The notes beneath the pieces were generated by a model. It was not told where the DNA came from, made no database searches, and saw only the letters and a program-made list of their open reading frames with translations. This document shows positions 38,301-49,911 of a DNA stretch of 64,000 bases, piece by piece. This stretch comes from Octopus bimaculoides (lineage: Eukaryota). A program made the position numbers and the translations under genes. The stretch's first letter is position 1. The number at the start of each line of letters is the position of its first letter. The DNA lies in contig NC_069002.1 in assembly GCF_001194135.2 (NCBI RefSeq), positions 12,831,202 through 12,895,201 on the forward strand, read 5' to 3'.

Positions 38301-41300
38301 GGTTAGACCTTTCACTTGGATTTTCAATCCATCCGAAGGGCTTCCAATCTGTTTTCATCTGTGCAGTGGAATCATACCGAAAAACTAGTGATTACAAAAC
38401 GAATTTCCTTATCGTTCGTCTACTGCAATCAGTCTCCAAGGCCTTTCTACAGAATGGTTATGAGGTCAATCTTTCACCGAAATACGCTATTTAAAATGGA
38501 AAGCAATAATATAATTTGTTCTTTTGGTTTAGATTAACCATTTACAAATTACGCCCCTTTGGTAGTGTCAATGGTGTTGGTGAAATCCCACGCCCATGTT
38601 TTTTTTTTTTAATGTGCAATTTTATGAGTTTTATGAGCCATCACAACACCTGTCTAATTAGTTGAGCTCTATTGTAGTTCCTTGTTTAGCTTCTTATTCA
38701 TTCATTCACAATCTGGTAAGACTGCCTTCGCGTCAGAGCTGGTACTTGACTGACTGGTCGCTAGTTGGACGAGAGAGGGGAAAGTAAAAGTGAATTAACG
38801 GCTACAGGCCAGAACAATTAAGTAGCTGATTTATTTCAGATGATGCCGCTTTACGAACGTAATGGTCGTACTAATCGTTTAGGTCACTCCTCTTCGAACT
38901 GACAATGTTAACCAATTGTTTCTTTTCTTTTAGTCGCGTAATAAAGATTACGTTATATTTGTGTGTGTTAAACTGTAGGGTACGATTTGGTTGCTCTTTC
39001 TAGTTAGTCGAACGAGCAACCACGTAGAAACTCGTTTACTGGGTGATATTAGCAGTGTTGGGAATGGTGTATTTAGAAACGACCAAGTGGTTGTGTGGTA
39101 AGTAGCTTGCTTACCAACCACATGGTTCTGGGTTCAGTCCCACTGCGTGGCACCTTGGGCAAGTGTCTTCTATTATAGCCTCGAACTGACCAAAGCCTTG
39201 TGCGTGGATTTGGTAGACGGAAACTGAAAGAAGCCCGTCGTATATATGTATGTGTGTCTGTGTTTGTCACCCCAACATCGCTTGACAACCGATGCTGGTG
39301 TGTTTACGTCCCCGTAACTTAGCGGTTCGGCAAAAGAGACCGATAGAATAAGTACTAGGTTTATAGAGAATAAGTCCTGGGTCGATTTGCTCGACTAAAG
39401 GCGGTGCTCCAGCATGGCCACAGTCAAATGAGTGAAGCAAGTAAAAGAGTAATAGCAAAAGTGAGTGGAGGAGCTTTGATGGCAAAAACATATTCTTGCC
39501 TTTTATAATAGCATATGCTTTGAATAGTCCATTGTTTGGGTTAGTTCATTTTTTTGTGTATAATGTTTTTGACTTCTGGTGCAGTAATAATAATAAGGAA
39601 TGCTTAATCCAAAACATTGACGGTCCAAATTCATGTGACAAAACCATTGTCAGTAAACTATTCCAAAACAGGCAGCAGTGGCATGGCTTTTTTGTTTTTG
39701 TTGTTATACTCAAGATTCTGACCTTTCTGACACCCATGAAATCTTGGTAAAGTGATCTTGAGTGTAAAGGGTTTATTAGCCTGGGTCCTAAACTGATAAA
39801 ACTATGACAAAGGAGGAGAAAAGTATACAAGAAGTGAGCAAACTCTTGTCAACGTGGACTTCTAACATATTTAGAGCAATGAACCATGCCTGTTCTTTTT
39901 ATTATTGATTAAGAACAGCTCAGCTATTTCCTGTGGCAACTGTATTGATTTTTAGTCAAATGAACAACCATTTCCTTCTTGTTTAGTTTCCTAAGTAGGT
40001 CGGCTCTTTTTATTTATGCGCCCTTCTAAAGCCTAACCAGGCTCATGGGCCCGGTTTCTATGGTGTATGTGTTCCCCCCAGCTGGACGGGACACCAGTCC
40101 ATCACAGCGTTACTCAAGAAACAGGAAGAGAGAGTGAGAGAAAGTTAGGGCAAAAGAGTACAACAGGGGTTGCCACCATCCCCTGCTGGAGCCTCGTGGA
40201 GCTTTAGGTGTTTTCGCTCAATAAACACACACAACGCCCGGTCTGGGAATCGAAACCGCGATCCTCCAACCGCAAGTCCGCTGCCCTAACCACTAGGCCA
40301 TTGCACTTCCTCATGTTGGCTCTAATTGGAGTAAAAAAAACATTTAATATGAAAGAAAAGAGAAAAGCAAAAGAGTTTTATGATTTGGCTGACACAAATC
40401 TTGTTGCTGAATTTCAGCAAAACCACTGATGTGTATTACTGTCTCCTTACATGATAGTTGTAAACAAGTGTCTCCATCATGCAAGTGGTGTCCTTCATTT
40501 CTAATTTTCAGTGAAGACATGTCTAGCTATGAGGAAATATTATCTTGTTTGGAAACAAGTGAGTGGTGGTGACAGGAAGAGCATCCAACTGCAGAAAAAT
40601 ACACTTTAACAAATTCTGTCCAACCCATGCAAATATGGAAATGTGGACAGTAAAACAATGGTGTGTGTGTGTATCATCATCATTTAACATCCATTTTCAA
40701 TGATGGCATGTGCTGGATAGTTTGACAAGAGCTGGTCAGCTGGGGAACAGTCCAGTTTCCAATTGTCATTTTTGGCATGGTTTCTACAGCTAGATGCCCT
40801 TCCTAATGCCAGCCACCTTACAATGTGCTGGGTGTTTTGTACATGCCACTGGCATCGGTGCATTTATGCAACACCAGCATGAGTGCATTTTATGCGGCAC
40901 AGGCACAAGTGCATTTTATGTTTTACATCATCATCATCATTTAATGTCCGTTTTCCATGCTGGACGGTTTGACTGAAAACTAGTTGGCTGGGGAGCTGCA
41001 CCAGGTTCCAATTTAATTTGGTACAGTTTCTATAGCTGGATGTGCTTCCAAACACCAACTGCTCAAAGAGTGTAGTGGGTGCTTTTAACATGCCAGTTAT
41101 GAAACACTGGCATCAGCCATAACTACGTCACTTGGCTCGACAGGTCTTAAGCACAATATATTGCCAAAGGTCTCGGTCACTTGTCACCGCCTCAATGAGG
41201 CCCAAAGTTCGAAGGGTACTTTTTACGTGCCATTGGCATGGGAGCCAGTTACACGACACTGGCATATACATGTGTGTGTATATGTATATATATATAATAT

Positions 41301-44269
41301 ATATAGATAGATAGATAGATATACATACATATACATACATATACACATGTATTTGGTTGCATCACTGAGTTCAAATCCATTCAATGTCAGTTTTGCCCTT
41401 TCATCCTCCTGGAGTTGAACTTTCTTAGTACTTTAAGTTGTATTTAAATATGGGGGGGTTGATGTTATCAATTGTTCTCCTTCCTCTAAGGTGTTTGGTC
41501 CTATCTTTATGTAATAAATTATTATTAAACCTGGTAAGCTGACAGAATTGTCACTATGCTGGACAAAATGTTTAGTGGCATTTCATCAATCTTTACATTC
41601 TTTGTGCAAATTCCACCGAGGTCCTTTTGGGGCTGATGAAGTAAGTACCAGTCGAGCACTGGGGTCAATGTAATTGACAAGCTCCCCTCTCCCAAAATTT
41701 CAGGCCTTGTACCTATAACAGAAAAGGGATTTTTATTATTTCTGTGATTAAATAAACCAGTTTTACTGTTTACTGCAACCATCCTTATTAGTTTGTACCA
41801 CTATATTGTGAAATAAGAGACCAGTGTGTGTTGTGTTCATGTGTGTGTATCTTCTTGTATGAGTGTATGTGCATGTATTGGTATGTGTATGTTTGTGTGT
41901 ATTTACATTTGTTTCACTGCAGTTTAACATGTAGCTTTCCCAGGTATATATGAAGGGGTCCCCAAAAGTAACCGGAAACATTTTCTGTGGGACAAGCTCA
42001 TTGTAGTTCAGACTTCCACTGCTAGGAGCCACTTGATGTGACCCTCAGGCATCAGTCTGCCAAATGGCGTTGTCCAGTGAGGTTATACTGCCATCTAGTG
42101 TGTCTTTTTGCAGTGCTTCTCCCCTGTTCGGTGATTTTTGCAATGGCTGAAACAAAGGAACAATGTGCTTCTGTGGGGAAAACGGCAGCTGAAATAGTTA
42201 TCAAGCTTCAAACAGCTTACAAGGATGCTGCTGCCATGAGCAAAAACACAAGTTTACGAGTGGTTCTCAGGATTTAGGAATGGTCACGTGTCGCTTGAGG
42301 ACCAACCTTGTTCATGGTGACCGTTGACCTCTTGAACAAATGAAAACATCATGATAATTCATGAACTGATCTTGGAGGACCGTCACCAAGCAATTGACAA
42401 ACTTGTTGATATGACTGATGTGTCCTGGAGCTCCTGCCAACGAATTTTGAGCAAGGAATTGCGAACGAAATGAGTTGCAGCAAAATTTGTGTCTTGCTTG
42501 CTCACAGAAGATCAAAAGCAGNNNNNNNNNNNNNTGAAAGACCAGTTGGACGTTGATCAGGACCTTTTTTTTTTTTTGAAGGTCATCATTGGTGATGAAA
42601 GCTGCTGCTATGGAATTTGCAGATGTGGAAGAGGTGGAGGAGTTAAAAGGCATCACTTTGCAAGAATTCCAGTACTGCTTCCAACAGTGGAAAACGTGTC
42701 TGAACTGATGCATTGCTTCAAATGGGGGAATGCTTTGAAGGCGATAGAAGTGTAAACACGTAAAACTAAGTGAATGAAATAACATTGCAAAATTCCGGTT
42801 TCTTTTGGGTACCCACTCGTACATATATTGGTTGTTTTGAATTGATTAGGACATGTAATATGATTGATTTTCACCCATTTTCAGGCAAGTATAAAGTTGA
42901 GATTTTTGACAAGAATGTAAATAAATATGTACCAACCGTTCATGGGTTGGGCATACACGTTGAAGTGAAAGATCCTGAAGACAAAGTTGTTCTGTCAAGG
43001 GTAAGACTTTATGAAGTAATATTGTTTTTGTTGCTTTGTTAGCCTCTTTCAACAGGTAATGCTCATCTGTAACGTAGACAAGACACTCATTTAGGTCCCT
43101 TTCAGTTTACTGCTGGCAAAACCCTCAATGTTTATTACTGCTGTTGCAAATATGGTTCCTAATTGACAACTCTGTAATTTGTTAATTAGACAAGGATTAT
43201 TATTCATTTTGGTTTTTAACTTCTACACTGACATAAAAAGAAATATGTTAGATGATAGGTTTTTGCATTTAAACTTAAAGCAAAAACTGAAGGGTATGGT
43301 GATTAAATGAGACAAGTTCCACCCCTTCTCGTTAAGGGTTAGTTGGCATACTTATGGAATTCCCAGATATGTCTTTGGGCAAAGATAAACTTGTTCCTGG
43401 TCTCATTTATGTTGGAGCCATTCATCTGACAGTTTAACAATTTTTACACTCTCCATCATCATTAACCCCTGGACATTACTGTCCTGAGTCTAAGGACTCA
43501 TAGGGCCAGTTCCCTAGTTTCCATGGTGTATAAGTGACCGAGACCATGAGATTCTCTTTCAACAAGAACGCTAGTCCATTGTAGGGTTATCCATTTTCAG
43601 CTGAGTGAACTGGAGAAATATGAAATGAAGTGTTTTACTCAAGAACACAACACGCTGACCAGGTTGGGAATGAAAGCCATGATTTTGTAATGTCCTAACC
43701 GGTAAGCTATGTGCCTTTAATTCAACTTCAATAAAATTGCTCCAGATCACTTTGTCTTTTCATCTCCTCATATATACCATCTAAACACCACCCAGCCATC
43801 TGCCAAAATTTCAACATCTACAGATCATAATAGGTGCAGTGTTAACTCACCAACCATGCAACAAACTCATTTAGGCAGGAAACTTACCAAATATCCACTC
43901 ACCCTGACTGAAAAAAATCTCTCTTTCTNNNNNNNNNNNNNNNNNNNNNNNNNNNNNNNNNNNNNNNNNNNNNNNNNNNNNNNNNNNNNNNNNNNNNNNN
44001 NNNNNNNNNNNNNNNNNNNNNNNNNNNNNNNNNNNNNNNNNNNNNNNNNNNNNNNNNNNNNNNNNNNNNNNNNNNNNNNNNNNNNNNNNNNNNNNNNNNN
44101 NNNNNNNNNTTTATAAAATTATATTTAAAAGCCAAAATGAAAAAAAAAACAAAAACCTTATTTGTTAAATCAAGAAACACCAGCACTGTTCTTTAATTTT
44201 CATCACTGATTTGTCTATTTTTTCCAGCAGCTATCTCATACCTCCCCCCCCCACACATACATGCATGCA

Positions 44270-44310
<41 letters not shown>

Positions 44311-47300
44311 TGTTGTGTGTATATTGATGGTTTTGTGTGAATGTGTTTGTTACATACAAGTAGTCCTCAAGACTCCCTTGTTCAATTTTTGCACTCCTGT
44401 AAATTTCAAAAGCCCAAGGAGGAAAAAAACTAAACAGTCAAATCTTGAGGACTGCCTGTGGTTGTTTACTCCATTAATAACAGATTGAAATCTAACAATG
44501 ATTCTTTTCAGACTGTCTTGTCTATGTCTTTTTTATTTTTTTTATTTTTATTATTTTATTATATACTAACTACATTCCAGCTATCACCATCATTGGGCTA
44601 CCAGCACCTCTCTCTAGAGTTATTCACTGACTTACATAACATATTTCATTTTGTTTCTACAACTGGTTCCTTGCAGGCAAATACAAAGTACAAGTTTATG
44701 ACTACGCTGTCAAGGATTACATGCCCCCCGTACAGGATATCGGAATGCATGTAGAAGTGAAAGGCCCAGACGATAACGTTGTTCTCTCAAGGGTGAGTTC
44801 TTGTGACAAGGGGAAGTCATCAATTTTTTCGAAGGTGTTCTCTAGTAATTGGTCTCTTAAGAATGGTTTTTTTCCCTCTGTTGCATTATTTCACTGAATT
44901 AGGAAGCACTAGATGACCATATCAGGGAATTGCTCTTGCATGGCCTTAGCTGTTATGGCTAAAATGAACAAAATTTCTTCTTCGTTTAATAGCCAAAAAA
45001 CAAATTTTTCATTTTTCTGTGTCAATATTTTAATATTGACACAACATTTCTGGTCTTTTTCTTTTAGTTTCCAATATTTCTTAGTTTTGTCAAGCATTTT
45101 TTAAAATGGATTTTGTGGTTTTATTGTTTTATTTATTTTTTTTTTTTTTCCCTTTATTGACACTGGTTTTACAGGTCTGTAAATTTTTATCTTATAGTTG
45201 GTTTCTCTTCTCCTTTGTATTGATAAATAGGACCGATACCTAGTGTCCCTATTTGGTTCTACTGAGACAAGTAGAATAAATGATATGTAAATGTGTGTGT
45301 GAGAGAGAGAGAGAGAGAGATTTGTCATACTCCACAATTCTACTTACTGTTGGTTATAACAAAGATAAAAAGTATGAGGTTCACATCTCTATATTATTTG
45401 TTACTGTGGTCTAGATACAGTTCATCTGTTGTAAACCTGGTCCTATTCATAATGTAGACTTATATTTAGGAATCACCATCGCAAAAGATGATTGATTTTG
45501 TTTTGACTCCTCACATTCTCAATTCAAACCCTACCGAAGCTAACTCTTTGGCCTTCATCCCTCCATAATCAATAAAATACCAACCAAGTACTGAGGTCGA
45601 TGCAATTGACCCACTCCCTCCATTTCAGGCCTTGTACGTCGTCGTCGTCGTTTAACATCCGCTTTCCATGCTAGCATGGGTTGGACGATTTGACTGAGGA
45701 CTGGTGAAACCAGATGGCTACACCAGGCTCCAATCTGATCTGGCAGAGTTTCTACAGCTGGATGCCCTTCCTAACGCCAACCACTCAGAGTGTAGTGGGT
45801 GCTTTTACGTGCCACCCGCACGAAGGCCAGTCAGGCGGTACTGGCAATGGCCACGCTCAAAATGGTGTATTTTATGTGCCACCTGCACAAGAGCCAGTCC
45901 AGGGGCACTGGCAAAAACTATTATCATCATCATGGTAAGGCTGCTAGCTGGCAGAATTGTTAGCATGCCAGACAAAATGCTTAGCAACATTTCGTCTGTC
46001 TTTATGTTTTAAGTTCAAATTCTGCCAAGGTTAACTTTGCCTTTCATCCTTTCAGAGTCAGTAAAATAAGTACCAATTGAGCACTGGGGTTGATGTAATC
46101 AACTTACCCTGCTCCCACAAAATTGCCAACCTTGTGCCAAAATATGAAACTATTATTATTATCTGCTTATACTGGCAACTGTGATACATTAGGGGCAGAG
46201 GAGGGAGGTGACAGTTTTTTGTTGGCTTAAATACTTCCAAAAGAAGACTAATGTTGTTAATCCTCACTATATCTTCTGCTATCTTTTGTTGTGTATATTT
46301 TAAGGCCAACCTCAGTAAATTTACAAATGTATGCTCAATAATAAAAAATTAGTTCCTAGCTGCCATCCATATTCTTCTGATGTTTCTACAATTTTCTTCA
46401 CTTAATTCTTTCAGTTTGAGTGGTAAAATGTTATGTCATGTGTTCTTTATTCAGGGTTAAACATTGATATTCAGGAACAGTATTAGACCTGAAGTAGTTT
46501 ATCTTCTCCCTCTGTCACTTTCCCCCTGTCTTACTGTTGGTTGTACATTCTGATTTAGTTTGTAGTGATGGATCTCTGAAGGTAATGTTAGTGAGGTACA
46601 TTCCTGCTCTTTACTCAATAGAACTATCCCCTACTTATTGTAAGAGATTCCATATTCCACAGACAATTGTACCCTTAATATTTGGCAGGTTCAGCATGAT
46701 ACTGTGACAGGAATTGGCCCTTTGAATTGCAGGTACACTCCACCTAACAAGGACTATGGTAGAAGGCACTGCCCAAAGTAGAGCTGTGTAGGATAAATCT
46801 AGAGACCACACGATTGTGAAACAAAATTCATCATCATTCAATCACATGTCTATGCTCCCTTATTTGATGAAATTGGGGTATTATTGAGCATTGTGGTAGT
46901 TAGCATGTATCTTTGATGTTAATGAAATATGGGGCAAATGTTAGCTTTCATACTCACCTGGAGACGACAAGGGTAAATAGCTAAATACCTTCACTGAGAT
47001 TCTGTGTTTATGGACTTGCAGGCTGATCCATCCGAAGCCGGTTTGGAAAGATGAAACAAAAGAAAAATCTTAACCTAAAACCAAAGTGATTAAAACAATT
47101 CCATCATCATCATCATCATCGTTGTCGTTTAACGTCTGCTTTCCATGCTAGCATGGGTTGGAGGATTTGACTGAGGACTGGTGGACCAGGAGGCGACACC
47201 AGGCTCCAATCTGATTTGGCAGAGTTTCTACAGCTGGATGCCCTTCCTAACGCCAAGTCCATGTTGGTGACAATAAAACTTAGAAGTAATATGAGACCAA

Positions 47301-49849
47301 AAAGGGTAACAAATTCACCCAGACTATCTTGCTAGCAATAAAGGACTGACAAAGTATCTTGTGGAGATGAAATAGTACAGTTAAAGAAAGGTTTGTAAGA
47401 CTGAATTTGAGAAGACGAAGGGAATGGCAGATACTTTCTCATGGAATCAGTCTTGTGATCATTCTTTGAGCTAGAGATATTTTACCTGTGACCTATATTC
47501 ATAATGCCTAATGTTATTTAACTTTTAAATTCTTATCAATTACAAGTAGTTCTTGCTTTTTGAATTCCTCACAAGAATTTTCTGTTGCAAAATTGCAAAA
47601 TTTAATTTTTCAAAATTTGACATACTTCAGTGTGTGCTACCTTCCTTGTCCCTCCTTCCCTCCCAATGCAGTGTCCAAGCAGATGAATATGCAGTTGTCA
47701 TCTAAACCAAAGGCCTAATTGTTCGAGCAAAAATTGGCACCACCATATTTGACTCAATTCAGTGTTCTCATTCAGCAAGCAGTTAATGAGACATCTTGAA
47801 CTGTTTTCCTTTGCTCTGGGAAAAACCTCCTGCTGCACAAAATCATTATTAACCCTTTAACAATTAAGCCAGCCATATCCAGCCCAAATGTTCTATCTGC
47901 TTTGTCTTCATACTAGCCAGATCTGGCTTATCACACTTACCTTAAAATGTCATTCTAAAAATATACAATTATATCGTCCAAGTATTGAAGCTGTGAGATA
48001 ATGCATGATTAATTCAAAATAATGCGAATAAATAAGCATCACATCTGACAGAGGAATTTGAATGCTAAAGGGTTAATGAGCAATGATTTATAATGAATGA
48101 ACTCTTAAAGTCAAGAACTACTTTTGATTTCTTAGTTCCAACATATTGAATTTTAAGAACTCACCTTGAGAATAAACAAAGAAACAAGACACAAACTCTT
48201 TCTCAACTTTAAAAGAACATTTCAAATTTTTCAGATTTATTGTTGTTGTTGTTGTTGTTGTTTTTTAGCCCCAGGTCAGTCCTGATCTAGCAGACCTATG
48301 ATCAAAGATATTCAATCATGACCATCCCCATCCATTTATTCTTTTTCCTAAGTTGGGAGGGTGTGGATACAGGAGGTGTTTGGCTGCTATTTCTAGCAGG
48401 CTGGGCTTACACATGAACACAGCAGCTGCACCAGTCATTTGGGCTACTTTAACCCTTGTACCTTACTTTGAGGTTTTGTACTCATGGCAGAAGCGATCAT
48501 CATCATTATTATTATTAGTGGAAAATATCCCTTATATGTTAAGTTGTAAGTTCTATTGTTTCAAACCCTGATTGACCACTGCTGCTCAAGCAGAGCTATG
48601 CAAACTAAGCTGATAATAACTTGGCTCAATTTGAGCCATGAAGTGTGTTATTGTTCACATTGAGTTAATGTGGTTAGAGTGGACACAGTTCAAAGTAAGC
48701 AGAGCCTACAAAGGTTGCACAACTTGGATGATGAATGCGTGTGTGTTGGCTTAAATGAAAGAGATGCAAGGAGTGATTAAACTGAGCAAATGGATAGAAG
48801 TGGGAACTATATCAACAACCAACAGTGATGGGGGTTATTCAGGCAGTTGAGGGGAGATATTACAGCTGAAGTAGCAGAAATGGTAAGGAGATCGAATCTA
48901 ATGAAAGGAGAGGGCTTTATTTTTTCTTTATTGGCATGGCTGTGTGGTAAGAAGTTTGCTTCCCAACCACACGGTTTCTTCAGTCCCACGACATGGCATT
49001 TTAGTTAGGTGTCTTCTACTATAGCCTCAGGCTGATCAAAGCCTTGAGAGTGGATTTAATAGACAGAAACTGAAAGAAGCCTTTAGATGTGTATATACAT
49101 ATATATATGTGTGTGTTTGTATGTATATGTATGTGTCTTTGTGTTTGTGTCTGTCTCCTCCATTGCTTGACAACTGGTGTTTATATATGTTCCCATAGCT
49201 TAGGAGTTTAGTAAAAGAGAGAAGTAGAATAGATACCAAACTTTAAAAAAAGAACACAAGTACTGGGGTTAACATGTTTGATTAAAACCCTTCAAGATGG
49301 TGCCCCAGCATGGTCACAGTCCAACTGACTGAAACAAGTAAAAGATAAAAAAAAGCTAGCGATTTAGTCAGAGGAGGAAGGGTGGTGCTCATCCTTTTGT
49401 AGGGTTTCAAGACTAGTCTAGGGTGAAAGGGAAGAAGAATCTATCATTGGCTCCCTGGTTACTACAATAATAAACAGTGCATGGTTCTAGGTAGCAAAAT
49501 AGCCTCAAATTTGGGACCTGCTTCCAAGTGCAGATTCTACAAAAGGTACCCAAGGGCCAGGTGGAGGTGTTAAATGAGGTGGTAATGAATTAAGTCCACA
49601 ACACTGATAATTACTAATTAAGTCTGCTTCATCAGAGCTGACAACAAAAACTACTCAGTAACGATTCACCTGCATTGAAACAGTCGTTTTCTTCCTTTTT
49701 GTTAATTTTTGAATTGTATTTTTAAATGATAATTTTGTCTTTTTTTTTTTTTGCACAATCTATTTTAATTAATTAATTTGGTTTCGTAAAAACAAATTCT
49801 TTAATTCTAGTTTTTTTTTTTTAATAAGATGTTCTGATAACTTAGATAA

Positions 49850-49911
<62 letters not shown>

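Noticed and set aside
38830-38905. Possible intronic C/D snoRNA (ATGATG...CTGA)
   Set aside because: Box C is imperfect, and there is no terminal stem or recognisable guide.
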